From a virus (Duplodnaviria > Caudoviricetes), in the IMG/VR virus record IMGVR_UViG_3300046522_000316, positions 224,001-288,000 of that record: 64,000 nucleotides of DNA; one strand, 5' to 3'. Within the stretch, counting starts at the first letter, position 1. Each line of letters starts with the position of its first letter. Under the pieces are notes generated by a model. The model saw only the letters and a list, made by a program, of their open reading frames with translations. It was not told where the DNA came from and ran no database searches. Below, in pieces: positions 36,810 through 45,470 of this stretch. A program made the translations under genes and the position numbers.

Positions 36810-37622
36810 TTATTCACCGTCGAGGTTGAAGAACTCCAACATCTGCTCCAAAGAACCGTGGAATTTCTGTTTCTCTCCACCGCCCAGCAGAACGTAGTAG
36901 GCCATCATCTGATCGTGCGGTTCGCCCATCGGCCACAGGTCGATCACACCGTGAATATTTACAGCTTTTGCCACACCGTCAACGTTGATCACCGCGCACT
37001 GAACTTTTGCCAGTTTGCGAAGCATCGGATGGTCTTTATGGATGCCGAAAAGATTGCTGGCGCTGAACGAATAAACGCTGTCGTAATCGCCGTAGTATTT
37101 CGAGGAAGAATCCACAACGAACAGATGCGCCACACGACCATCAGCGTTGAGGGTAGGCCCGCGATAACGCAGCAGCATTCCCTCTTCGAAATCCGCCGAT
37201 TCACCAGTCGCCAAATCGAAGCCAACAATTTCGTGACCAACGATGCACAATTGATTATGTGCTTTGGAAACCATCTGGCCGCAACTGTGCGAAAAGTTTT
37301 GTAGCACGTTGCGAATCATTTCCGCGTCGTCAGTTGGCACCGATTCGAAATTCAGCATCGACGCCATCAGCACCAGTTCATCGGCCTGACCACGGGTGTG
37401 AATGTTGAGCGATTCAGAGTGGCCCCAGCATTTCACCGGAACGCCAGAAGAACAGAAACCGGCACCTACCACTGTCACGTCATCAAAGACAGTTTCGAAC
37501 GTCATGGAAATGCAGGTCTGCATATGTTCCGCAACGTCCGCGTGGGTCAGATGCTCATGGTGCATCAAACCGATTTCGAATTGCATGTCACCTTTCGTGA
37601 CTTGAAAGATTTCATATTTCAT
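36810..37622 (-). CDS. hypothetical protein
   Basis: Start moved to MKYEIF at 37622 (ATGA overlap). Confidence 0.75.
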   Translation of the reverse strand: MKYEIFQVTKGDMQFEIGLMHHEHLTHADVAEHMQTCISMTFETVFDDVTVVGAGFCSSGVPVKCWGHSESLNIHTRGQADELVLMASMLNFESVPTDDAEMIRNVLQNFSHSCGQMVSKAHNQLCIVGHEIVGFDLATGESADFEEGMLLRYRGPTLNADGRVAHLFVVDSSSKYYGDYDSVYSFSASNLFGIHKDHPMLRKLAKVQCAVINVDGVAKAVNIHGVIDLWPMGEPHDQMMAYYVLLGGGEKQKFHGSLEQMLEFFNLDGE

Positions 37623-37864
37623 TTTCCTTTTCTCCGGAAAACCCAGTCGCCTACGCGCCGGTTGTAAAGGGGCAAGGCGCTGACAAGCACCCATAGCATT
37701 TGCCAAAACATCAGGTACGAAAGCATGCCGTCTTTGCCTAACGTACCGGCCCGCCAATCACAGATAAGCCAGTACGTGCCGACCGCCCCATAGATTGCTG
37801 CCAGCACGATCAACCACCACGCTTTACGCGGAATGCTTTTGAGATAATTCAGCAGACGTTTCAT
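37619..37864 (-). CDS. two-TM membrane protein
   Basis: Start MKRLLN at 37864; two hydrophobic helices. Confidence 0.65.
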   Translation of the reverse strand: MKRLLNYLKSIPRKAWWLIVLAAIYGAVGTYWLICDWRAGTLGKDGMLSYLMFWQMLWVLVSALPLYNRRVGDWVFRRKGK

Positions 37865-38073
37865 AGTCTTTGAATCCAGTCGAAAACTTCGGAACCCCAA
37901 CCGGCGTAAATCATGCACACGCATGTTGTGAAAACCGACATTGCGAAAATGTTCCCGTGTGGGATCGCACGACGGGGAAGCCACATAGACCAGATGATCA
38001 GATAGTTCAACGCAAACGGAAGAACAAAAGTCCAAAGCAGGGTGTACAGTTGAATCAGAAAATTCGGATTCAT
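37861..38073 (-). CDS. small membrane protein
   Basis: Hydrophobic 70 aa; overlaps at both ends. Confidence 0.65.
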   Translation of the reverse strand: MNPNFLIQLYTLLWTFVLPFALNYLIIWSMWLPRRAIPHGNIFAMSVFTTCVCMIYAGWGSEVFDWIQRL

Positions 38074-38804
38074 TACCCAACCACCTTAACTGCCGCCAGA
38101 TCAAACCGCACAGCAGTCGCATATTGTGGCAAGTCTTCTGCAACCTGCACCACACAAATACGCGACTCCTTGAAAGAGTGGCGCCAGCCGTCTTGGCTGA
38201 TCATCAGTCCTACCTGACCTTCCAGTTTGCCCAACAATTTGATGGCGAGAAATTCGCACGGATTAACTACGTTCACAAATCGAATTTGGGACGGGGCCTG
38301 CTCCAACTGAATCACGTAGGCCTGAAAGAATTTGAAACCGTATTTGAAAATCATACGGTCTTTGATGTAATCGGGGAACAATTCAGCCCAGCGCTGGTGC
38401 AGTTCTGATTCGACTTTGCCGCCGAGGTCTTTAACTTTTTCTTGTGCTGCTTCGAAGTCTTTTACGAAGCCAACCACCAAGTTACCAGAACGGCCCGGAT
38501 CGAGGGATTCTTCCAGCGAATGGCGCAACGCCGTTTCGAAATTCTCGCGCATGATTTTCTGAACCATGTCAGCACCGGCTGGCGTGTAGAAATCGTGTTC
38601 GATATCGCCGCCGTGAATGTACTGCGTAGCCATGTGAACGTTTTCGTTACCGTCAATATCTGTACCGAAAAAACGAACAACACCGAAGTCGCCTTCCTCG
38701 CCATCGACGTAAACATAATCGTCGTTGTTTGTGGTCAGGGTATCGGCCCATTTTGCAACAGCTTCATCCAGCGCGCTACCGTAATGCAAACGAACATTTG
38801 ACAT
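38073..38804 (-). CDS. hypothetical protein
   Basis: Co-directional ORF. Confidence 0.75.
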   Translation of the reverse strand: MSNVRLHYGSALDEAVAKWADTLTTNNDDYVYVDGEEGDFGVVRFFGTDIDGNENVHMATQYIHGGDIEHDFYTPAGADMVQKIMRENFETALRHSLEESLDPGRSGNLVVGFVKDFEAAQEKVKDLGGKVESELHQRWAELFPDYIKDRMIFKYGFKFFQAYVIQLEQAPSQIRFVNVVNPCEFLAIKLLGKLEGQVGLMISQDGWRHSFKESRICVVQVAEDLPQYATAVRFDLAAVKVVG

Positions 38805-38814
38805 GGTTTGTTCC

Positions 38815-39165
38815 TTAGTGCCAAGTGGACACGGCGAAGTATTGGAGTTTGTCGCGCAGCTGTTTCAAATCTGCGTCACTCAGGCCGCGTTTCTCGGCAT
38901 GTTGCAGAAGTTCTTCTTTGACGGTTTCGACCAGTTTCACACGGGCCTGAAATTCGGGGTTTTGTTTGCATTCGGTGACTAGACCGACCTGCGAAAAATT
39001 GGTGCAGTATTCGTACTTCGCACCGCACGCGAAAGCAATCGACTCGCGCCACTCACCGCTGCAATGCTGATCGAACTTGCGGTATTCTTTTACTTCTTTA
39101 TTTCCGCAGGTTGGGCAGCAGGAAACTTCGGAGATTTTCCGGATACCTATGTTGTACTTAGTCAT
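38815..39165 (-). CDS. Cys-rich putative Zn-binding protein
   Basis: CCPTCG...HCSG...ACG...YC...EC. Confidence 0.7.
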   Translation of the reverse strand: MTKYNIGIRKISEVSCCPTCGNKEVKEYRKFDQHCSGEWRESIAFACGAKYEYCTNFSQVGLVTECKQNPEFQARVKLVETVKEELLQHAEKRGLSDADLKQLRDKLQYFAVSTWH

Positions 39166-39428
39166 GTGCTTTTCCTTGTACCTTTACGAAGTGGTTTCCG
39201 TTCCGGTTCCCACCGCTCTGTGATTTGTTCGCAGCACCGGGCAATTTGGCCATCGGTGACGCCGGGGTTTTGCTCGCGCAGTTCCGTCCTGATAAATTTA
39301 CCGGACGATTTAGGATACTGCCGCGTGAGGTTCACGATGCCTCGAATGATATCGAAATCATCGTACAAATATTCTGGCTGGAAATCTTCTTGAACAACCT
39401 TTGGTTTTTTCATCTTACACTTCCTCAA
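39162..39428 (-). CDS. hypothetical protein
   Basis: Co-directional ORF. Confidence 0.6.
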   Translation of the reverse strand: MRKCKMKKPKVVQEDFQPEYLYDDFDIIRGIVNLTRQYPKSSGKFIRTELREQNPGVTDGQIARCCEQITERWEPERKPLRKGTRKST

Positions 39429-39452
39429 AAGGGGAATCCCGAAGGACTCCCC
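39427..39452 (-). terminator. intrinsic terminator
   Basis: GGGGAGUCC-UUCG-GGAUUCCCC-UUUU just after the LemA-like gene. Confidence 0.75.
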
Positions 39453-39460
39453 CGACCAGA

Positions 39461-40066
39461 TTATTGCGCTGGCTTTTTGCTCATGTCGTACAGGCCTTGG
39501 TCTTTGCCGGTTTCGAACGAAGTTGCGGTACGCTCGTTCATCAGCGGCGCGTATTTGTCCGGGCCATCACCGCAACCGATTTCCAGTTCAGCACTGCCCA
39601 TGATCGCGATCACTTGTTTGTTCGGGAACGTGCGGCGATACATACACGCTGCCGTTTTGCGATCCGTCATCAACTTTTCTTCGTGCGTGAATTTGTCACG
39701 ACCTTGGTCGATCAGATTCACGATTTTCTCGGCCAGCGCTTGCGAAGCCGGGATATTGTTTTCACGCAGGAAAAGCACAGTCGCTTTCATACCTTCGGCA
39801 CCGGAACGCAACTTGATTTGTTCGTTCACGGTTTTACGAATGTCTTCGACGTTCATGTCTTTGACGCCGATGGCTTCTTGCACCTTCTGGCTCAGGTTCG
39901 ACAGAACGGCCTGACGCGATTTGTTCGCGCCGACGATCCCGGCTTCCTGACGCACGACCGTGTTATTGATGCTGACTACCCAAAGCACCAGTGCAATAAC
40001 GAGGCCGATGGCGACCATAGCGCCGACCGAGATAAAACCGCCTTGTTTCGATTTCATTATTTCCAT
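39461..40066 (-). CDS. LemA-like membrane-anchored protein
   Basis: N-terminal TM, then INNTVVRQEAGI...RQAVLSNL..K; ENNIP..ALAEKI...GRDKF...K...MY...FPNKQV, matching the LemA architecture (N.LV..EE; E.YP; R..YN......FP...VA). Confidence 0.65.
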   Translation of the reverse strand: MEIMKSKQGGFISVGAMVAIGLVIALVLWVVSINNTVVRQEAGIVGANKSRQAVLSNLSQKVQEAIGVKDMNVEDIRKTVNEQIKLRSGAEGMKATVLFLRENNIPASQALAEKIVNLIDQGRDKFTHEEKLMTDRKTAACMYRRTFPNKQVIAIMGSAELEIGCGDGPDKYAPLMNERTATSFETGKDQGLYDMSKKPAQ

Positions 40067-40072
40067 TTTCCT

Positions 40073-40177
40073 TTAGTGGGTACAGCTTTTGAGTGCGAAC
40101 AACGCAACGCCGATAATCGCCGCAACGATCAGCAGTTCGATCAGCGTGAAGCCTTTAGATTTCTTTGGAGATTTCAT
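40073..40177 (-). CDS. 34-aa mini type IV prepilin-like peptide
   Basis: Hand translation MKSPKKSKGFTLIELLIVAAIIGVALFALKSCTH: basic leader, G|F site, Glu+5, hydrophobic helix; fills the gap between two genes. Confidence 0.8.
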   Translation of the reverse strand: MKSPKKSKGFTLIELLIVAAIIGVALFALKSCTH

Positions 40178-40188
40178 AACGGTTCCAG

Positions 40189-41259
40189 TTAGATAAAACC
40201 GAACTTCCGATGGCGCCGACCGTAGGCGTTACGTCTGTCCAGTATATAGTTTACAGTTAATGACGGGATCACCAGAATTGCCAGCAGCGACAACGCAACC
40301 AACCAGTATGGCGGATCGTATTCGTCTTTCAGGAAGTCGTAACGTCCGAGGTCTTCGCGTTGGAAATACTGAAACGCACTATCCAGCGATTCGATATATT
40401 TCGCCGTGTCGTAACGATCCAGTTTCACCGCGTTGACATGCATCAGGTTGGAAAAGTTGTAGCCTTGCGGATCGGTCAAGTTATCAGCCGACCGGGTAAA
40501 CGAATTCGCGTTGATAACCCGGCCTTCTTTATCCAGCCGCATGACCACCACAGCATCGTTTTTCTTGCCGCCTTTCCACTTGCTTTTCAGCGCGTAATAA
40601 AAACCTTTGAAGTCGGTTTCTTCACGCAGTGCAATGACCATCACGTTAACGCCGTGCATCGGCCCCCAGCGCTTTTGTGCCACGTTCAACTGGCGCGACA
40701 ATTCGCGTTGGTCAACTTGCGGCGTGTTGGAGAATCCACGCTGCACTTTGAAGCCTGCGTAAACGTGCGGATATTCCGGCAACCAACCTTTGTACTCTTC
40801 AGCGGCTTCGCGGTCGATCATCACCGTTTGTTCGCTCACGTTCTGGAAATTCAGAAAGCGTTTGCTGGCGGTGTACGGATCGCCTATTTTCGTGTTGGTG
40901 TAAATCTCCGGCGCACGAATGGATTGGTGCGTGTATTCGCTGAATTTGTCACCGTCGATATCCGACACAACATCCCAGCGCCAGCGTGGAATTTCGCGGG
41001 TGCAGGTTTTCGTGTTGCCTTGGGAATCTTTTCCGCAATCGTAGCTTTCAGTTTCTGGATCATAAACACGTTTTTTCTCCGCGACAGAACCGCTCAACAA
41101 TTGCAGGTCGGAAGCCTGCCAATACATCGGCCCGTAGTAAACTGCACACGACACGATCACACCGACAAGAAAGCACAGGCCAGATGCCGCCCAATCGTGT
41201 TCCCTGTGTTGCCAATAGGCCGCAACCAAAAGGGCTGCGAAGAGATACGCAAAAATCAT
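40189..41259 (-). CDS. membrane protein with TPM-like periplasmic domain
   Basis: Two N-terminal and one C-terminal TM; GVNVMVIAL...KSKWKGGKKNDAVVVMRLD resembles the TPM core. Confidence 0.6.
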   Translation of the reverse strand: MIFAYLFAALLVAAYWQHREHDWAASGLCFLVGVIVSCAVYYGPMYWQASDLQLLSGSVAEKKRVYDPETESYDCGKDSQGNTKTCTREIPRWRWDVVSDIDGDKFSEYTHQSIRAPEIYTNTKIGDPYTASKRFLNFQNVSEQTVMIDREAAEEYKGWLPEYPHVYAGFKVQRGFSNTPQVDQRELSRQLNVAQKRWGPMHGVNVMVIALREETDFKGFYYALKSKWKGGKKNDAVVVMRLDKEGRVINANSFTRSADNLTDPQGYNFSNLMHVNAVKLDRYDTAKYIESLDSAFQYFQREDLGRYDFLKDEYDPPYWLVALSLLAILVIPSLTVNYILDRRNAYGRRHRKFGFI

Positions 41260-41534
41260 TGGTAAATCTCCAAATTCCTTTTGACTTCAGGCCACGCCAT
41301 GATGCCCTTGGAAATATCCTGATCATCGACAGGAACCAGATTGTATTTAAACCCGCCTGCCGCATCGCCGTAGCCGCAAATCAGATTGTCCGCGTAGTCG
41401 TGCGACCAGTACGGGGCAAACCCGGCGTCGTAGAGCGCGTAAGCAATGCAGATTTCGTCCTCGAAAGTGACCAGACGTTTTTCGCCGTTGGGCATACGGT
41501 TCGGATCGAACGGCATGTATTTATCCATTTGCAT
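41256..41534 (-). CDS. hypothetical protein
   Basis: Start moved to MQMDKY. Confidence 0.6.
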   Translation of the reverse strand: MQMDKYMPFDPNRMPNGEKRLVTFEDEICIAYALYDAGFAPYWSHDYADNLICGYGDAAGGFKYNLVPVDDQDISKGIMAWPEVKRNLEIYQ

Positions 41535-42093
41535 TCGGCGCCCCCGTGTAACGGAAGTTTTCGTTAATCCAGCGCATCGTTTTGTAAATATCTTTGCGCC
41601 CAAGAAACTCGATGTAAAACCATTTGCCTTGCGGATCGTGCGCACCACCCTGAAAGAACGGCGACGACAAACGACGGATTTGATAACCCGGCGAATCCAT
41701 GTAGAGCGAAAGCAAATCGCCCATTAGGAAATCGTGCAGTTCTGCCGGTGCGTGGTGGTCACGAACTTCGAAACCGATATCGTAACGCTGACACATGGTC
41801 GGGAAGAAACGCGGCACACCTTCGATCAGGCGTTGGCTCATGAGGTAGTTGGTTCGCATGTGAGCATGAAAACCAATCACCGGCAGATTGTCATCGACGA
41901 TTTTGTACGTGCCGATAACACGATCCAAATCATGATCGAAAATTTCGCCGTTATCCTGATAGGAAAGCACGTCAGTGAAATGCTCTCCGAATCCGAGGCC
42001 GCGCAGCAAAGAAGTACAGCGGTCGCGCAGCGTTTCGCCCACGATAAATTCGCTCGCATCAAACGTCATGACGGTACGCCTCCGGCAAATCAT
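41521..42093 (-). CDS. hypothetical protein
   Basis: Co-directional ORF. Confidence 0.7.
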   Translation of the reverse strand: MICRRRTVMTFDASEFIVGETLRDRCTSLLRGLGFGEHFTDVLSYQDNGEIFDHDLDRVIGTYKIVDDNLPVIGFHAHMRTNYLMSQRLIEGVPRFFPTMCQRYDIGFEVRDHHAPAELHDFLMGDLLSLYMDSPGYQIRRLSSPFFQGGAHDPQGKWFYIEFLGRKDIYKTMRWINENFRYTGAPNANG

Positions 42094-42274
42094 CCCACGC
42101 GATTACATCGACCGGTTGCCAGTAGCCGAAAACGTCTTCGACCCAGTTCCCACCATCGACACAAACGCCTTTGTTAAATCGCACAATTTCTGCGATCTTT
42201 TTACCGCGAACGGTTGCGATGTAATCCCCGGTTTTACTCGGGGAATACTCAGTCTTCCAATTGGCGACCGACAT
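42059..42274 (-). CDS. DUF551-like small phage protein
   Basis: NW...P...GDY...W....DVIAWDDLPE pattern. Confidence 0.6.
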   Translation of the reverse strand: MSVANWKTEYSPSKTGDYIATVRGKKIAEIVRFNKGVCVDGGNWVEDVFGYWQPVDVIAWDDLPEAYRHDV

Positions 42275-42516
42275 TAGTTATGCTCCACGTCACCGGCCCA
42301 GCCATACACGCGGAAGCACTCGGTCATGAATTTGTTGTAATACCAGTTGTAGCCGTCTTCACTCAGACGTTCACGCACTGCACGCGGCAGTTCTTCGTCG
42401 GTGAAATCCACGTAGGCTTCTTTATCCTCAACTGCGGCCTTCGTGATCTTTTCGATAGCCGCGTCGTACTCCGGCATTTCTTCACGGATTTTATCTTTCA
42501 AATCTTGCAGGTTCAT
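42274..42516 (-). CDS. hypothetical protein
   Basis: Co-directional ORF. Confidence 0.7.
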   Translation of the reverse strand: MNLQDLKDKIREEMPEYDAAIEKITKAAVEDKEAYVDFTDEELPRAVRERLSEDGYNWYYNKFMTECFRVYGWAGDVEHN

Positions 42517-43322
42517 ACGTCACCCATTTTCTCGAAGCGCGTCTGCATCGGTTCGAAAACGATACCTTGCTGGCGCAGGCTTTCTTCAACTTCGTCCAGC
42601 ATTTTGCGCCGGGTTGCAATTTCGTGTGTGGTGTATTCGTCACCAGTCTGATAACTGCGCGGAAGTTTCACTTTATATTCTGGTTCGTCGCGGGCCGTAA
42701 CCATCGCTTTGTAAATGGCTTCGACAGCATTTTTGCCGTGAGCTTCTGCGTTTTCTTCGCCTTCCTCACGCTTACCGTCGAAATTTACTTCCGGCTCGGT
42801 ATCGAAGAAACGACCCAGTGCCGTCATACCGGCTTTGATCATTTTTTCCGTGGTCTGGTATTTGAACGGCACAGCGTATTCACGTTCAACCATTCCGGCA
42901 GTCAGATCGGTCAGCTGCGACAGTTGCGTTTGCAGTTCGTAAAACTTTTCCTGCACACCGTCAGCCGTGCGGGTAATCAGAGCCTTTGCCGCTACCTGAA
43001 CAGCCTTTTCGAAATCGTCAAAATGGGCAGCACTCAGTTTCTGCGTTGCCAAACGATTCGCGAAATACGACATGATTTTGTTGAAGCTTTCGTAAACCAC
43101 ACGTTCGCTGTTCAGGAAGATCGAAACTTTCATGCGTTCCGAATCCCACAGCGGATCGTCAACTACTCGCGACAGGGTTTCACGTGGTACAGCATCCAGC
43201 AGCACGAAGTTAAACCAGCTACCTTTACCGCCCTCGTCGTTCTCGCCTTTCATGAAACTAACGATTTCGAATTCACCGGCCTCGAAAGCTTTGTCGATTG
43301 GCGATTGATTTTTCTCAGCCAT
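42513..43322 (-). CDS. hypothetical protein
   Basis: Co-directional ORF. Confidence 0.75.
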   Translation of the reverse strand: MAEKNQSPIDKAFEAGEFEIVSFMKGENDEGGKGSWFNFVLLDAVPRETLSRVVDDPLWDSERMKVSIFLNSERVVYESFNKIMSYFANRLATQKLSAAHFDDFEKAVQVAAKALITRTADGVQEKFYELQTQLSQLTDLTAGMVEREYAVPFKYQTTEKMIKAGMTALGRFFDTEPEVNFDGKREEGEENAEAHGKNAVEAIYKAMVTARDEPEYKVKLPRSYQTGDEYTTHEIATRRKMLDEVEESLRQQGIVFEPMQTRFEKMGDV

Positions 43323-43840
43323 TATTTTTCTGCCTTGTAATGCCGATGTTCGGAACGGCCACCGTGGTCAACGATACCGATTCGGAAATTGCTGTATTCG
43401 ATTTCCGTGAGAATCACGCGGGCATGTGCCGCTGCCTGTTCCGCGTCGTCACACAAACCTTTTCGAACCACGCTGTCATGGCCCCACGTCCGGCACATAT
43501 TGCCGATGTATGCGCGCAGCATTCCGTTGAATTCGTCGATTGCCGTTGCGCGTTCGTTTTCGTCCGCTGGCAACACGATTTCCATCTTGGCGAATTTCAG
43601 ACGCGGGCTAAAATCTTTGCACGCTTGCCAGCCGTTCCACTGCATAGCGGTATCAGGATCATCCCCGCCCATGGGGTTCAGCTTTTCGGGAGGAAGCAAG
43701 CTTTCAAATTCTGCGCGGGATTTTTGCAGAAGTTTTCCACGATAACGGGCGCAAGTTGCAGCCCATTCATCAGCAGCTTTTTTCTGTGCCGCTTGGTACT
43801 CTTCGGGAGTGCCCAAAATATCTTCGAGGCTGCTTTTCAT
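43322..43840 (-). CDS. hypothetical protein
   Basis: Co-directional ORF. Confidence 0.7.
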   Translation of the reverse strand: MKSSLEDILGTPEEYQAAQKKAADEWAATCARYRGKLLQKSRAEFESLLPPEKLNPMGGDDPDTAMQWNGWQACKDFSPRLKFAKMEIVLPADENERATAIDEFNGMLRAYIGNMCRTWGHDSVVRKGLCDDAEQAAAHARVILTEIEYSNFRIGIVDHGGRSEHRHYKAEK

Positions 43841-44055
43841 GTTCTACGCCTTCTTGTCCAGCGGGAAAATTTACAGGTAAGAAAACAGATCACGATCAAG
43901 ACAATCAGGAACCCGACAAACGAAATAACCGGGCTATCGAAAAATACAATCTTGAAGCGACCGCTATACCAATCAATTACTGGCATGAGGCACGTTCCAA
44001 AACTTAACGTAATGGAATCGCCGTGCCTTGCCCAAAGCCAACGCAGAAAGTTCAC
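43837..44055 (-). CDS. small membrane protein
   Basis: C-terminal TM followed by RRRR. Confidence 0.65.
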   Translation of the reverse strand: MNFLRWLWARHGDSITLSFGTCLMPVIDWYSGRFKIVFFDSPVISFVGFLIVLIVICFLTCKFSRWTRRRRT

Positions 44056-44327
44056 TTGAACATTTTCTCTGCCGGAACGTTGTAAGTTTCCTGCGCCATC
44101 ACCGAATAAAACAGGCGGGCCAGATCGGTATGCGCTACCGGCGTTTTGTTCATCATGCGGCTGCGAATTGCGCTCGCCATTTCAGGACTGACAAAACCGT
44201 TTTCGTCGAACAGCTTTGGCGCCACCATTGGCGTTTCGTTCACGCGCACGTTGTTCTGTTTCAACTGGCCGTTCGACAGGAACAGAGTGGACAGCGTTTT
44301 GGCAGCTTGCAGATTTTTGTCGTTCAT
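44052..44327 (-). CDS. hypothetical protein
   Basis: Co-directional ORF. Confidence 0.65.
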   Translation of the reverse strand: MNDKNLQAAKTLSTLFLSNGQLKQNNVRVNETPMVAPKLFDENGFVSPEMASAIRSRMMNKTPVAHTDLARLFYSVMAQETYNVPAEKMFK

Positions 44328-44328
44328 T

Positions 44329-44901
44329 TTATTGCTCCCGTTGGGCGATGCGCTGTTGCACGTAGTTGATAAGTTCGTTCGTGGTTTGCCACGTCATGTC
44401 TTCGTCAGGAATTTCGATGCTGAAATGATCCTCGACACACAACGTCAGATCGAACATTGCAATTTCGTCAGCTTCCATTTCGCTGAATGGAGTGCGGACG
44501 TTGATGTGTTCTGCGCGATAACCAAAACTACCGGCCACCATTTCGAGAATCGTGGCTTTCAATTCTGGTGCCATTTCACTCGGCATAATTTCCTCTACTT
44601 CGTCAAAGGGCACGGTATCAGGCAGCGGGTAATTCTTGGCTGCGTCGTCAAGCGCAGCGCGCAACGTAGGCTTTGGTTCAGTTCGTTCAAACCGCCACAT
44701 TAAATTGAATTCTTTGGCCGGTGTACGCTGGAACATATTCGGGTTGATCGACAGGCCGCTATTCGACAGGGCCGTGCGACGTTCCAGATAATCGAGGCGA
44801 TCAGTATCCCCGAAAAGTTCGCGCAATTTTGCAGCGAGTTTGTAATCGGATGCGCACACCAATTCGTATGCGCGTTGGCGTTCCTGTTTGGTCAGGCTCA
44901 T
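44329..44901 (-). CDS. phage domain fused to a C-terminal ACP-like domain lacking the Ppant Ser
   Basis: aa 110-186 ...EADEIAMFDLTLCVEDHFSIEIPDEDM..TTNELINYV aligns to AcpP [36 protein letters not shown]; Ser replaced by Glu. Confidence 0.8.
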   Translation of the reverse strand: MSLTKQERQRAYELVCASDYKLAAKLRELFGDTDRLDYLERRTALSNSGLSINPNMFQRTPAKEFNLMWRFERTEPKPTLRAALDDAAKNYPLPDTVPFDEVEEIMPSEMAPELKATILEMVAGSFGYRAEHINVRTPFSEMEADEIAMFDLTLCVEDHFSIEIPDEDMTWQTTNELINYVQQRIAQREQ

Positions 44902-44903
44902 GA

Positions 44904-45173
44904 TTAATTCACCAGCTTACGAATGAGAAACGACGTGCGAGCGTAACCGATTACTTTTGAATTCTTCGGTAGCTCAATTAGCTTTCCGTAGGCCTTGCGG
45001 GTTTTGTGCCCTTGGCCTTTTCCGTACCAGTACCCGGCCATCAAATGCAGACCGGGCTGGCGGGCGTTTGCACCACGCTTGATATCTTGCTGCGTGATGT
45101 TGATCGCTACCCAATGGCGGCGACCGCTACCGGTTGTTTTCGCCGGAATTTTCACTAACGACAGGTTCTTCAT
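44904..45173 (-). CDS. hypothetical basic protein
   Basis: Start moved to MKNLSL. Confidence 0.55.
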   Translation of the reverse strand: MKNLSLVKIPAKTTGSGRRHWVAINITQQDIKRGANARQPGLHLMAGYWYGKGQGHKTRKAYGKLIELPKNSKVIGYARTSFLIRKLVN

Positions 45174-45366
45174 TTTCGTTTTCTTCCAGATTGCAGTCAG
45201 GGCACGGATCACAAACACTATCGACTTGACCATCACCCCACGGCACCAAACCACCGATCATTCCGTGGTCGCCGCAGGTCATGCATTTAATTGAGGCCAA
45301 TCGTTCAAGCTGTTCAGGCGTCAACGGAACCGCTGGTGCAAATGGAATATCGTTCTCGCCTTCCAT
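45127..45366 (-). CDS. small Zn-finger protein
   Basis: CMTCGDHG...CDPCPDC. Confidence 0.65.
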   Translation of the reverse strand: MEGENDIPFAPAVPLTPEQLERLASIKCMTCGDHGMIGGLVPWGDGQVDSVCDPCPDCNLEENENEEPVVSENSGENNR

Positions 45367-45383
45367 CGACTACCTCACACGTT

Positions 45384-45470
45384 TTAAATTCCGCGAAGAA
45401 ACCACGCGATTGCTAAAGCACAACCGACGACAGTAAACGCGCCGGGCCATGTCGTGATTACTTCTACCAT
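45384..45470 (-). CDS. 28-aa single-TM peptide
   Basis: Hand translation MVEVITTWPGAFTVVGCALAIAWFLRGI; ATG overlaps the end of the upstream gene. Confidence 0.6.
   Translation of the reverse strand: MVEVITTWPGAFTVVGCALAIAWFLRGI

Noticed and set aside
13096-45451. 15-mer CATGGCCCGGCGCGT at 13096 and inverted at 45437; 14-mer TTAATTCCGAGGTC near 19715 and inverted near 47300
   Set aside because: A few 14-15-mer matches are expected by chance in 64 kb on two strands; one copy of each lies in coding sequence, with no shared context.
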